A stretch of 64,000 bases of DNA. Origin: Antedon mediterranea (taxonomy: Eukaryota; Animalia; Echinodermata). The notes under the pieces are model-generated. The model was not told the DNA's origin. It worked only from the letters and a program-made list of their open reading frames with translations, and ran no database searches. The stretch covers positions 4,144,201-4,208,200 of the forward strand of contig NC_092670.1 in NCBI RefSeq assembly GCF_964355755.1, written 5' to 3'. Positions within the stretch are counted from its first letter, which is position 1. Every line of letters begins with the position of its first letter. Shown in pieces: positions 28,391-41,289 of this stretch. The position numbers and the translations under genes are program-made.

Positions 28391-29182
28391 ATTGTAAAAT
28401 AGAACATTGTGACCATTAAATAGAGCGTAGGGTCATTGTAAATAGAGTAGAGGATCATTGTAAAATAGAACATTGTGACCATTAAATAGAGCATAGGGTC
28501 ATTGTAAATAGAGTAGAGGATCATTGTAAAATAGAACATTGTGACCATTAAATAGAGCATAGGGTCATTGTAAATAGAGTAGAGGATCATTGTAAAATAG
28601 AACATTGTGACCATTAAATAGAGCGTAGGGTCATTGTAAATAGAGTAGAATATCATTGTAAAATAGAACATTGTGACCATTAAATAGAGCATAGGGTCAT
28701 TGTAAATAGAGTAGGGGATCATTGTAAAATAGAACACTGTGACCATTAAATAGAGCATAGGGTCATTGTAAATAGAGTAGAGGATCATTGTAAAATAGAA
28801 CATTGTGACCATTAAATAGAGCGTAGGGTCATTGTAAATAGAGTAGGGGATCATTGTAAAATAGAACATTGTGACCATTAAATAGAGCGTAGGGTCATTG
28901 TAAATAGAGTAGGGGATCATTGTAAAATAGAACATTGTGACCATTAAATAGAGCATAGGGTCATTGTAAATAGAGTAGAGGATCATTGTAAAATAGAACA
29001 CTGTGACCATTAAATAGAGCATAGGGTCATTGTAAATAGAGTAGAGGATCATTGTAAAATAGAACATTGTGACCATTAAATAGAGCGTAGGGTCATTGTA
29101 AATAGAGTAGAGGATCATTGTAAAATAGAACATTGTGACCATTAAATAGAGCATAGGGTCGTTGTAAATAGAGTAGAGGATC
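28391..29182. repeat. 66-bp tandem repeat, 12 copies (trimeric higher-order unit)
   Basis: Unit attgtaaaatagaacattgtgacc-attaaatagagcRtagggtc-attgtaaatagagtagaggatc; 28391 + 12x66 = 29183. Confidence 0.95.
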
Positions 29183-30301
29183 ATTGTAAAATAGAGTAGA
29201 GGATCATTTTAAAATAGAGTATAGGATTATTTTAAAATAGAGTAGAGGATCATTTTAAAATAGAGCATAGGGTCATTGTAAATAGAGCAGAGGATCATTG
29301 TAAAATCGAGTTGAGGATCATTGTAAAATCGAGTAGAGGATCATTGTAAAATAGAGTAGAGGATCATTGTAAAATAGAGTAGAGGATCATTGTAAAATAG
29401 AGTAGAGGATCATTGTAAAATAGAGTAGAGGATCATTGTAAAATAGAGTAAAGAATCATTGTAAAATCGAGTTGAGGATCATTGTAAAATAGAGTAGAGG
29501 ATCATTGTAAAATAGAGTAGAGGACCATTGTAAAATAGAGTAGAGGATCATTGTAAAATAGAGTAGAGGATCATTGTAAAATCGAGTTGAGGATCATTGT
29601 AAAATAGAGTAGAGGATCATTGTAAAATAGAGTAGAGGATCATTGTAAAATCGAGTTGAGGATCATTGTAAAATAGAGTAGAGGATCATTGTAAAATAGA
29701 GTAGAGGATCATTGTAAAATAGAGTTGAGGATCATTGTAAAATAGAGTTGAGGATCATTGTAAAATAGAGTAGAGGATCATTGTAAAATAGAGTAGAGGA
29801 TCATTTTAAAATAGAGTAGAGGATCATTGTAAAATAGAGTAGAGGATCATTGTAAAATAGAGTAGAGGATCATTGTAAAATAGAGTAGAGGATCATTGTA
29901 AAATAGAGTAGAGGATCATTGTAAAATCGAGTTGAGGATCATTGTAAAATAGAGTAGAGGATCATTGTAAAATAGAGTAGAGGATCATTGTAAAATCGAG
30001 TTGAGGATCATTGTAAAATAGAGTAGAGGATCATTGTAAAATAGAGTAGAGGATCATTGTAAAATAGAGTTGAGGATCATTGTAAAATAGAGTTGAGGAT
30101 CATTGTAAAATAGAGTAGAGGATCATTGTAAAATAGAGTAGAGGATCATTTTAAAATAGAGTAGAGGATCATTGTAAAATAGAGTAGAGGATCATTGTAA
30201 AATAGAGTAGAGGATCATTGTAAAATAGAGTTGAGGATCATTGTAAAATAGAGTAGAGGATCATTGTAAAATAGAGTAGATGATCATTTTAAAATAGAGT
30301 A
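29183..30301. repeat. 23-bp minisatellite, about 48 copies (attgtaaaatagagtagaggatc)
   Basis: Directly visible, with recurrent variants atcgagttg, atagagttg and attttaaaa. Confidence 0.95.
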
Positions 30302-30509
30302 TAGCAGCGACTAAATTACTGTATATACAATGTCAATGGTTAGTTTATGGACGACTTAATTAAACAAAACTAATTAAACCCAAATATATCTATCAAATAA
30401 TATCAGTTTTATATTGCTAAAATCATCATGTATAAAAAGTCTCGAACGGAGCTATTTGTACATGGAAATTAATAAGACATTTTGTTCGGTCAACATTTTT
30501 TGTAACTGT

Positions 30510-33500
30510 CTATGCCACTTGATCGTGAAGTTCAGTGACCACCTTTTCACCATTGTATCTGGAAACAAACTGTTCGGCAATTGCATACTCAGTCTGAAAA
30601 AAAATATATACAACATTAAATTCTTATAAATTATATAATAACTATAATTTTCTTGAGAAAGAACACAGCACCTCAAAAACAATATATCAACAAGTCTGTT
30701 TTTAAAAAGATAACTTTAAGTGAATATAATCTGAAAATAAACCTACATAGTCTCCATCTCCTTTAGGAATAAGAACATTCATTTCTGATGATTTTGCTGT
30801 GATAACCTGAGTATCCAATGATTTCTCACTCAAATAAACCATACAACCATCAGTCTTGTCAATGTTCACTGTTGGAACACGTCCTGTTACCTATAACATA
30901 CACAAAACAACGTTAATAAAAATTCAAGATAAATATCTATACAGAAATAAGAATATAGAAAATCATTTACTACTTATTTCAATTCGTCTTTTATTTCCGA
31001 AAAAAGAATAAAGAGTACAAGTGTCAACAAGTGTCTATTATACTGCCGAAGTAAAAAAAACAAAAGCATGTATTCCTCCACATTTCCAAGACAATCCTTT
31101 TATCATTGGAGTGGTTTAGATGCTCGCCTTTCGACCCCAGGTTCCTGGTTCAAATCCTGTCGGATGTCATGATTTTTGACAAAAAGACAGTCCACTCACA
31201 AAGACTTGTAACAAGACTGTGTTTATGTACACTATCTTGTGCATATAGGATTGGCATGACTTTTGAGGACAGTGAATCGTTGGCATTATGTATAAATTGA
31301 GAATGAATGAATGAAATAGATGTAAATATTAATACCAACCTGAGCCTGCATACTCTGGCAATTAATGAAGTCTAGTGAAGATAAAACATCTTCAAAAACA
31401 ATAGCAAACTTCTTACATCCATCTACAAAAATAAACGGCATTTTAAACATGCATATTGTACACAGCAGACTTGATTACAGTATGCTTAGGTCATACATAA
31501 CTACCAATAAATTAAAATACAAATATTGAATGTTTATATTCATAAGGCGCGATCTACAAATTATTCCAAATGGCAGAAACTTGTTTTTGAAGGCGTTTAG
31601 GAATTCCATGGCCTAAATTAAAAAGCCTTCATACTAATTAGGTAGCTATCCAGTCAAGCGATGTTTCAGAAACAAGCCCAAAAGAGTTCCAATGTGTTTG
31701 TGCTGCCCAAACTCATTTGCCAGTGTATTCAGAAACAGCCTACCTTTTTGAATATCGAATAAAACTCTATTTTTGTGTTAAACTGATCGTGGGAGTACAT
31801 TCGTAAAAACCATGATTCATAAAATTGGTCTTGGTAGCATAAACGCTTTTTTATACTACATACCTAAAGTGATGGAGTTGACCTTTCCTTTGATTTTTAA
31901 AACACTGTTGGTACATTTGTAAACATAAACTGTTTGTTTCATCTCGCCATTAATTTCCAATTGCTGATTGTTTTCTTGGTATTCCTGCAATGCAACAACA
32001 TTGTTATTAGGTTTTGTTGTGAAAGCTAGTATATATAAACATACAATGGAATAAAAATGATGCTTGTTATTTAATTGGAGTAGAGTTGTGGCTTGGTGGT
32101 TATGATGCTTGGCTACCACTCAAAGGGTCCTGGGTTCTAGTCCCGTCACATGTCAGGATTTTTTCTAAGGACCAAATTACTCCACTCCCAAAGACTTGTA
32201 AAAAGACTTTGTTTATGTAGAGCATCTTGAATAATCTTAAGTTATTCTAAATTATCATTTATGCTCCTGCGTCGGGGTGAGTACTCAAATCATTTTCACT
32301 CTCTCGATTAATGAGCTAAAGGGTGTGACGTCACCTTTAATGAGCTAAAGGGTGTGACGTCACCTTTAATGAGCTAAAGGGTGTGACGTCACCTTTAATG
32401 AGCTAAAGGGTGTGACGTCACCTTTAATGAGCTAAAGGGTGTGACGTCACCTTTAATGAGCTAAAGGGTGTGACGTCACCTTTAATGAGCTAAAGGGTGT
32501 GACGTCACCTTTAATGAGCTAAAGGGTGTGACGTCACCTTTAATGAGCTAAAGGGTGTGACGTCACCTTTAATGAGCTAAAGGGTGTGACGTCACCTTTA
32601 ATTTATTACCTAAACTTGTTTCAATTCATTTTGCATAATATAATTTATGCAAGATCTTGTTTTTACAATAATTAAAATAAACTCTGCATTTTTTATCTTT
32701 TGCTTTTTTCAAATTTCTGACAAGAGTAAAGGGTCTTTCACACCTGTTCCGGTACGGTTCCCATGCGGCGTATCAATCATCAATGTTTCACTTTCACGAC
32801 GCTCCACCGAAGCCACGTGCAAGTGAAACATTGACGTTCGTTAGGATTTGCCGGTGCCAGACTGAAACCGTGCCGGAATAGGTTTGAAAGACAATATAAA
32901 ACAAACATATCTATCATACTTACGACAATCCACTTTTTAAACCCTTGCAATTCCAAAACTGGTGGTTTTTTGGCAACTGGTGCCTTGACAGAGGAAGTGA
33001 CTTTAGCGGCTGGAGCTTTGTATGGTTGAGGGCTTGATGCGGATGCTTTTGGTTGCTGTGATCTTAAAGCAGGATTTTTATGAGTTTTCATGTCATTACT
33101 CACATGTTTCAAACCTGTACAAGAAATGACGTGTACACAAATCTAGTCATTAATTAAACATTTTTATTTTTATATTTTATATATATCGGTTTTTATCGTA
33201 CTAATATTTTCCAATCTTTAAGAAGAACTTCTATTGTTATATTATTATGATAATGGACAAATAAAGTTTTTCAGTATTCAGTTTTATCAAACATCTTTAA
33301 AAACAGTGGATCTTATCATTCTATGAATAAAATCGTCCGCTGCAATCTTTAATTTTCCCATGTATTGCGTAATTTCGTTTGGTCTTAGCATACGCTTGCT
33401 GAGGATATTACGGGGCTTTCGCCATGGTTGATGACTAGGTTGCACAGAAGCATTTAATAGCTACAGGTCATTCCTCACACTATCATGCCCTGGAGTCTTC

Positions 33501-36500
33501 TCGGATAAGGATAAACAGTAGGTCCAGTGTACACATCTAGCTCGTGTGAACTTTAAAGAACCTAGTACATCTTTCGAGACTTGTAGGGGTTACCCCGGTG
33601 TATTAGTACATCACAGCCACTGATCACCAACTGGGCCCTCTGGGAGACCAGTCATTGACTGAAGAGGTTACCCAGTATAAATATATATTTTCAATTCTAT
33701 TTTCATGCATTGTAAAGAAGTGTGATTGGGTTTAAATGTATTATTTTGGATTGTTCCTCCTAAATTCATATATGTAACAAATCATACAGGTGGAATCTTC
33801 TTATTTTGGGTTCTATGAAATACTTAGGACTTGGCATTTTATCACTCGTCAACTATATCTATAATAAAAACAAATACGCACCACTTGAGATACCAGTTCC
33901 TTGTTTAATTTCATCAAATAAGGCTGATCGAGCATTTGATCCACCTGGGGCAGGAGCTCCGGATGGAGCTGGTGCTTGGACTGGGGGTGGTGGTGGCGGT
34001 CCTGGGGCTGGTGGACCAGCAGCTGGGCTACTACAAATAGCTGAAGCTGGATCTTTTCCCTGTTAAAATTGATAAAAAGTGTTACGGTGTTACTATGGAA
34101 ACAGTGATGTAGGTTCGATTTTCTGATTTTTGTTTGTTTTTTTTTAATTTTTATTGTTGTTTTTAGTTTCAAAATTAGTATTTTTCAATATTTTTTTAAT
34201 TATTATCTTATCTCATCTTATATTTATAATGATCTGCTGCAGGATTTTTGTATCGTATTTCTATATTGAATGTATTGCATATAATTTTTTTTAATTAGGC
34301 ATGTTCACACTGTATAAACTGTCACTTATTCATTTATTTAGTTACGAGTACAAATTGATCTATTATCTATCATCATGATAACTTTAGCACAATAAAGAGG
34401 AAGCGTTTTCTTTTTCCTATTTCTGTTAAATGAGTTATTTATTGCTCAGTGGAAGCATGATTAAAGCCTTGTTTACACTATCAAACTGTATGTGACAAAA
34501 ACGTGTGATGTGCTCATATATGGCATGACAATGTCATATCACTACCATATTTGGGTATATCACTACCATATTTGGGTATATCACTACCATATTGGGTATA
34601 TCACTACCATATTTGGACACATCACACTTTTTCTGTCAAACTTGTTTGATAGTGTAGACAGAGCTTAACAATGAAGTGAGTCTTGACTAACCTACTGTAA
34701 TACATACCTGAACATTCCATTGAAGTCCAGCACTAAAGAATTCTTGGATGTAACTTCCCAGGCCTTTGAACATGCCTTTCAATTTAAGTGTCCAATCCTT
34801 TTCCTCAGGTACTCTACATTATTATAAAATATCAAATTTAACTTTAGATTGAAGAAATCTAACTAGCTGTCTAGGCTTAGTTTTGTAGGCCAAGCCTAGC
34901 TAGGCTTAATTTTGTAGGCCTAGCTGGTAAACAGCGGTAAGGTATGGACATTGTACCCTAACTAAAGGCAAAGCGTGGCATTGTCTAGTTGCTACATTTC
35001 TTTTTGACAGAATCTGGTCCGAAAGACCCAGTATTTTTGTTTTGCAATCAATCGAAAGTGGGTGCATCACAGAAAAAAAATATATATTACTCACTTTTCC
35101 TTAAGAATCCTGTTGGTATAAAATTCTGCTGCATCGGCCATATCTTTTGCAAACTTTTCTGGGTTTTTCATCTACAAACAAATTAAATAATTTGTGATTA
35201 TTTACTGTAAATTGTAACGATTTCAATAATGAATTTAATCACTGTTCGCATGTGTTAAACCTATTAAGGGTTTTGAGTTTGTATAGGTTACCTACACTCT
35301 GCATAGATCTAAACTTGAAATGATTAGTGAAAGTTTCAAGGAAATGGGAAAAAATAAAAATAATAAATTTAAATATACACTTAAAACATTTTTAAAAACG
35401 TAATTATTTAATACAGGTTTATTTATTTATTTGGATTTTGTATGTTGTTCCTTTGTATGTTGACATTCCATGAAAACTAGAAAGCCACTCCGAGAGTGCA
35501 TACCTCCGCCTACTGTAAAATTCTCCTACATAAGAATTCTCCGGTAAAAATATATATATATATATTTGTGTGTGTCTTAATGCTGTTTGTGATTTACGCT
35601 AATTTCACTACAAGCATGTGTATGCGAGTTTGGTGTAATGGTTATGTAACAAGCCTTTCAATTAACAATAGCTTCAGTTGACTAACAATAGAACAGCAAC
35701 GCGAAAATCAAACGAGTGAATTTGAAAAGAAATAGGTTTTGTAAACTACTCGCATCAAAAAACGTGCACATTAAATCAAATTATGTTTTAAAATTACAAA
35801 TCACAATCAAAATGAAGTTTTTTGGACAAGTAGTTCTTGAGAAAATTCAATTTGATTTTACTTGTAGCAGGTCTGAAAAGTATACTAAAAAGTGGTCCAG
35901 AATTGGGACCTTGGTCCGAAATGGTCCCAGAATTTCATGGAATGGTCCTTGACCACATATCTATCTGTACATTTATTTTGGTAAAGACTTTGTAATTACT
36001 TTTTGAGTAATCCTGCTAACAAACAAAAAGACAAACAAACACACGCGATCGATTACATATACCTCCTTGGCGGAGGTAAATAAGCTTTTGAGCTTATAGA
36101 GTTATCTTATAGCTCTCATATTTATGTTACTTATATGTATGTATTGTTGTGCTCTGATGGAGAGAAAAATATAAAACAAAACACTTACAATAGTGACCCA
36201 TCCAAGAGCACCAATACCCTCTGCAACAGCAGACAAGAAGTTGAACTGTTTACTGCCTCGGTTTTTGTCTTTGAATTCAACGACTGCAGTCATAGCTTCA
36301 CTTGTTGGTTTAATCAGCTTCATCAGTACATCTTGCGAAGGTGGTTTGCACTCCGCAACAACTTTTATGAACTCCCGCTGTGCTTCAAAAGCTTTTTTCA
36401 CTAGCTCAGCCTACAAACAAATTTGTTTGAACTGTTATTATCAATCTATTTCTTTAACATTAAAAGACAATTTTAATAATTAGTAAATCAATTTATGAAG

Positions 36501-37724
36501 TATTTTTATTTTTTAGGAAAAAAATCATTAAAAACAAAATGAAGAGAGGCAAGTCTATTTTTTGTATCATGAAGCAACCCAACATAGTGCCTGGTAAAAT
36601 TTTGGTCTATTTTTGTCTCAATTAAAATTATTCATGGAATTTATAAATTTATTTGAAATAATTTTGTCTTATCTGTATTTAAATTATAAATTAACTTATT
36701 GAAACACTAAATGAATCCTTTTTTTTCCTATTTTTTCCTGTGATGGTGTATCAGGTAAAAGCTTAATGAATGAATATTAAAAAAACTATTGGTAATCACT
36801 AGGATTAATCATTTTAGAACGTTAAGGCAGAAAAACAAAATCTTTAGAAACATTTAAAAAGACATTATTTAAATTAATGCATATTAAAAATGTATACAAA
36901 CTGTGATACTTACATGGGTTTTTACATCAGCGCCTATTGCAGAACTACTTTGAATGTAATTATTAAAGTCACCAGCTAAGAACTGATCAAAAGCTTTCAG
37001 GAAAACATATGTATCTGTATAAAGTAATATTAAAGTTGTCAATGGAATGCACAATGTTTTCAACCATATCTTCATTATCTTATTTAGTTGTACTGTTTAA
37101 CTTTGGCTAACAAATTTAGGATTTATTATTAGAGGGGCAGCCTCATGGCCATTATTTTATAATCAAATTGGCACCCAGGGAAACATATCAAAAATGCTTG
37201 TTCATGAAAAAATATGACAAGTTTGTATATTTTTAAATTATTTAAGTTTCCATTTAAAATCTATTAGGAAATTGTATCTTTGTTCACTCAAAAATAGACT
37301 TTACAGCGCTTTTGTAAACAAACCGCTAACCTGGATCTCGTCATGTTTGGTACCTATCTGTTTGAAAATATATCAACTACCATAATTTGTACCCACCTAA
37401 AAGGGATTTTTTTTTAAATAGCCAATAGAAATAGGTTTTATTAAGGTGTTAGGTTGCTAAACTTTCTACCAAGAGTTTGTGAATACTGAACTGTGATTGT
37501 CTATAAACATAACATATGACACTCTCTGATTGGCTGACGCTTTAAAAAATTAACTTACTTCCTCCACCAACTCTAGCAACACCTTGCAGTTTGCCGATTG
37601 CAGCTTCGATCGTTTCAACAAATTCTGCAGACAGTTCACTTGGATCTACTCCTGCACATTTGGTCTCAAGATTGGAGCTACACTCTTTTAGGCATTGTGT
37701 CAGTTTGTTTATTTCTGCCGACAT
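30510..37724 (-). CDS. CAP1: Adenylyl cyclase-associated protein (CAP/Srv2), 490 aa, 11 coding exons
   Basis: Exons 37724-37559, 37014-36914, 36410-36189, 35171-35095, 34813-34708, 34059-33882, 33114-32924, 31984-31864, 31422-31340, 30890-30747, 30593-30510 total 1473 nt in frame. Motifs: [30 protein letters not shown], poly-Pro, WH2 [64 protein letters not shown]. The symbol denotes the family; orthology to a particular vertebrate paralog is not established. Confidence 0.93.
31105..31318 (+). mobile_element. tRNA-derived SINE in a CAP intron
   Basis: B-box ggttcaaatcc, body tccactcacaaagacttgtaacaagactgtgtttatgt shared with 32081-32230 and about 19995-20130, and a (gaat)n tail. Confidence 0.65.
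32081..32230 (+). mobile_element. tRNA-derived SINE, same family as 31105-31318
   Basis: A-box tggcttggtgg, B-box ggttctagtcc and shared body tccactcccaaagacttgta. Confidence 0.65.
32308..32602. repeat. 29-bp perfect tandem repeat, 10 copies, each containing a palindromic CRE (TGACGTCA)
   Basis: Unit atgagctaaagggtgtgacgtcaccttta starts at 32311, 32340 ... 32572; no mismatches seen between copies. Confidence 0.95.
33493..33681 (+). mobile_element. SINE with a Deu-domain-like core, copy 2
   Basis: Inverted homolog of 12636-12850. Confidence 0.6.
34465..34665. mobile_element. PIF/Harbinger-type MITE family B with an internal 21-bp expansion
   Basis: taa|agccttgtttacactatcaaac ... gtttgatagtgtagacagagct|taa; atatcactaccatatttgggt repeated about 4 times. 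Confidence 0.8.
35476..36078 (+). mobile_element. Helentron-associated (DINE-1-like) non-autonomous element, copy 2 (longer)
   Basis: Starts actagaaagccactccgagagtgcatacctccgcc and ends acctccttggcggaggta; homologous to 3065-3354. Confidence 0.6.
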
Positions 37725-38097
37725 GATTAAAAGACTTTTTTTGTTGAAGACTTTGTTTGATGAAAATGCTGAATAAAATAAATAAATTGAAATTTTCAAT
37801 CAATTACTATCAATAGAGTGTTTCGTCCAGAAAACACAATTATCAACACAAATCAACGATGTAAACGATCAATAATCGGAGGTTCCCACACAGAACACAA
37901 GCATCTAAACATGTTCAAACGTGAATCACAGAAGAAAAACAAAAATATCAATCAGTATGCAACAATGCATGCTGGTATTTATAGTGGTCCGCTTACAATT
38001 ATATATTATAGGCTAGGCCTAGCCTAGAATTGAATTATATTTTTTACCGAAAACAATTTTTATACTCAACCAGTATAGGCCTAGCTAGCTAGGCCAG

Positions 38098-39093
38098 TCA
38101 GTCTAATTACCGAAAACAACCGAAAACAACCAAAACAACCGAAAACAACCATAAACAACCAAAAACAACCGAAAACAAAATAAAATAATCTAAATACCGA
38201 AAACAAATTTTGTATAATATTTTTTTTAATGTCGCCCTCTATTGATGGGTGTTTCTAAAGACCATAACAGAGAGAAAACCGCGCGCGGAAAAGGAAGACC
38301 CTACGAAATGGTAGTGTGCACAAAATACAACTAAAAATCGTACAATCAATCAATGATAACATAGCATTTACTTACAGAATCTATAAAAATATTTTAATTT
38401 TAGTTTTTCGATTTTTGATCCAGAAACGAACGCATTTACTCCTCACAATAATTGTGAATCACGTTAAATTATAGTATAAAAAGTAAATTGACTATGGTTA
38501 ATCATGACATACTCCATGATCATGATCAATTTAATTATAGATTTTCAAAGATAATAATACAAAAATGATATTTTTAAGAATATTGATAATATTAGGGACT
38601 ATAAAGTATACTTAAAACCAGCTCACGATAAAGGACTCATAATAAAATCTATTCAGTAAAATTACCGTAACGTTTTTATCCTTAATCAACTTAATTAACT
38701 TAAGTGACGAAAACCGGGGATGAAAACGCAAAGTTAGGTAAAATCATGCTTTGTTTTGAAAAGACTAAAAACGAAATGTGTTTTGTAAGTAAATGTAGTC
38801 TACGGTGTATTTCATTGAATTTGCACGATTTTGAGTTGTATTTTAATTGTGCACACTACCATTTCGTAGGGTCTTCCTAGGCTTTTGTGCGCGCGGTTTT
38901 CTCTCTGTATGGTCTTAGCTTTAGAAACACCCATCAATAGCAAACAAAAATATTATACAAATTTGTTTTCGGTATTTAGATTTTTTTATTTTGTTTTTGG
39001 TTTGTTTTCGGTTTATTTTCGGTTGTTTACAGTTGTTTGTGGTTTTTTCGGTTGTTTCCGGTTATTTTCGGTTGTTTTCGGTAATTAGACTGA
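38098..39093. mobile_element. Foldback-type element, about 1 kb, with inverted arms of about 300 bp
   Basis: tcagtctaattaccgaaaac ... gttttcggtaattagactga. The arms (about 38098-38420 and 38760-39093) contain ccgaaaacaa subrepeats. No clear TSD. Confidence 0.8.
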
Positions 39094-39134
39094 TCCAGCT
39101 AGGCCTAGCCTACTACTACTGTAGTGTAGAGATC

Positions 39135-41289
39135 GGTGTCAGATGAAATCGGTCGCGTTTGAAATCGGTCGCGATAAAATCAACTTCCGGTATTTTGTAT
39201 GGCGCGCCGCTAGAGCTGTACCTTTGATGATATCGGTCGCGTTTGAAATCGGTCGCGTTTGAAATCGGTCGCGCTATTTTGTATGGATTGAGCGGGATGC
39301 ATGCTAGAGCGGGATATACATTTTTCGTTTATATAGTTAATTGATATTTTTTAGGAACTAGATTATTTGTGGATATTTTTACTTGGTTAATAAATATTTA
39401 TTATCAATCATTAAATTAATTTTTTTGTATTTCACAGGTCTTGGAGAAGGACTGTGTCTTTTCAAAATGTCCATTTCTAAACACGTTTAAATATTATATT
39501 AGGCATAATGTTATATTAGGCATATAATAATTTACCTAGGACCACAATGGAAATTTAGGACCACAATGGAAATAAGTTTGCCGTCTCGGTACTTTTTTGT
39601 GTTTTTATCCTATTGATTTTATATCAGAATAAAGAAATAAAAATAAAATACCTCTATTTATATGTACTGTAATTAATATATTATATAGAGAAACGTCTGT
39701 CGTGTCTTTTATTATGCAAACAATTACGTAAAAGAGAACAATTTATTTAAAAACAATAATTTTTACAATATAGCCCGTAAAGCCAGCGTATCCATTTTTA
39801 TACTTATGCATATATGTGGCAGATTATATCATATCCATGTCGTTAACAACATACTATTCGATCACCTTATTTTTATTTCTATCCGTTATGTAGGATAATA
39901 TTAAGTGTATAATGATTATTGTTGAGGCAAATCATGTGTATATTTTTATTTCTAATGTTTAAAATAGTTTTTAGTAAAATGATCATTATATGCGGATGGT
40001 TAAAAGGCGAGTTACTGAAATAAACCCCCGAATAAGCCATATCGACTGAGATGCGCCTTCTATGATCGTGAAGCTGTTTCCTCTAACAATACGTTATTTT
40101 GCTGACGGGGTTTCCCCTTTTTAAAAAACACGCACTTGTTAGTATGTCAACTCATGGACAAAACACGACGATCGTTGTCCATGGCGAGATAAAGATGACG
40201 TCTATTACTAATAACCATACGTTTGAAACGTCTATAGGCCTCCTGCACGTGTTTTTGTGAAACGATTCAATGAGCTATAGATATATGCTCGACGCGATTA
40301 TAGAGATTATGTTCATGAATTCATTATTTAGCCTTTAAAATCGAAATACATTTAAAACATAGGTAACAAAATCAAGACACGTGGAAATCTAAGGAGGCAA
40401 GGATAAGCAAAAGCAATTAAAGTCGCTGTAGTTCACAGGCTGGCTATATATCCATAATAATTCCGAATAAATTACTGTTTCTATAATTTGACAGTATGAT
40501 TTATATATAATTTACGTAAATACGTCGGCGATACTATAGGCCTAGATTTTAATTTGAATATCTTTTATTTCTTCATTTATAATAATCATTTAATGTAAAT
40601 AATTAAGTAAGTGCAACTCAGTGTCTCGCATTCATACGCCGTTTAGTAAATCTAGGCCTAGGCCTAAATGTTTAAATATCAGTGCAGATTACCTCTTTGA
40701 GAATCGTGTTCACCTTTATCTATCATTGTACAGTACATCATAGTCCTACTGTAGGCCGGTAGATTGATTTACTGTATAACGGCATATTATCTATATATTT
40801 TATTAATATCCTAAAACCATACGTAATTGTTTGCATAATAAAAGACACGACAGACGTATATTCTCTATATAATATATTAATTACAGTACATATAAATAGA
40901 GGTAAATTATTATATGCCTAATATAACATTATGCCTAATATAATATTTAAACGTGTTTAGAAATGGCCATTTTGAAAAGACACAGTCCTTCTACGAGACC
41001 TGTGAAATACAAAAAAAAAATTAATTTAATGATTGATAATAAATATTACCAAGTAAAAAATATCCACATAAATAATCTAATTCCTAAAAAATATCAATTA
41101 AATCTATATAAACAAAAAATGTATATCCCGCTCTAGCATGCATCCCGCTCGATCCATTCAAAATAGCGCGACCGATTTCAAACGCGACCGATATCATCAA
41201 AAGTATAGCTCTAGCGGTGCGCCATACAAAATACCGGAAGTTGATTTTATCGCGACCGATTTCAGACGCGACCGATTTCATCGTAAACC
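39135..41289. mobile_element. Long-TIR non-autonomous DNA transposon (MULE/foldback-like), 2155 bp, 8-bp TSD
   Basis: TSD tagagatc at 39127-39134 and 41290-41297; termini GGT..ACC. Inverted arms at about 39135-39730 and 40819-41289 carry gaaatcggtcgcg subrepeats. Confidence 0.88.

Noticed and set aside
28363-29184. 273-aa ORF with a 22-aa repeat (MILYSIYNDPMLYLMVTMFYFT)
   Set aside because: It is a by-product of a 66-bp (multiple of 3) tandem repeat lacking stops in one frame; there is no splice or homology support.
28391-30301. CRISPR-like periodicity of 66 bp
   Set aside because: The whole unit is repeated, with no variable spacers; it is a satellite.
32308-32602. CRISPR-like array (29-bp palindromic repeats)
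   Set aside because: The repeats are directly adjacent with no unique spacers, there are no cas genes, and the context is a eukaryotic intron.
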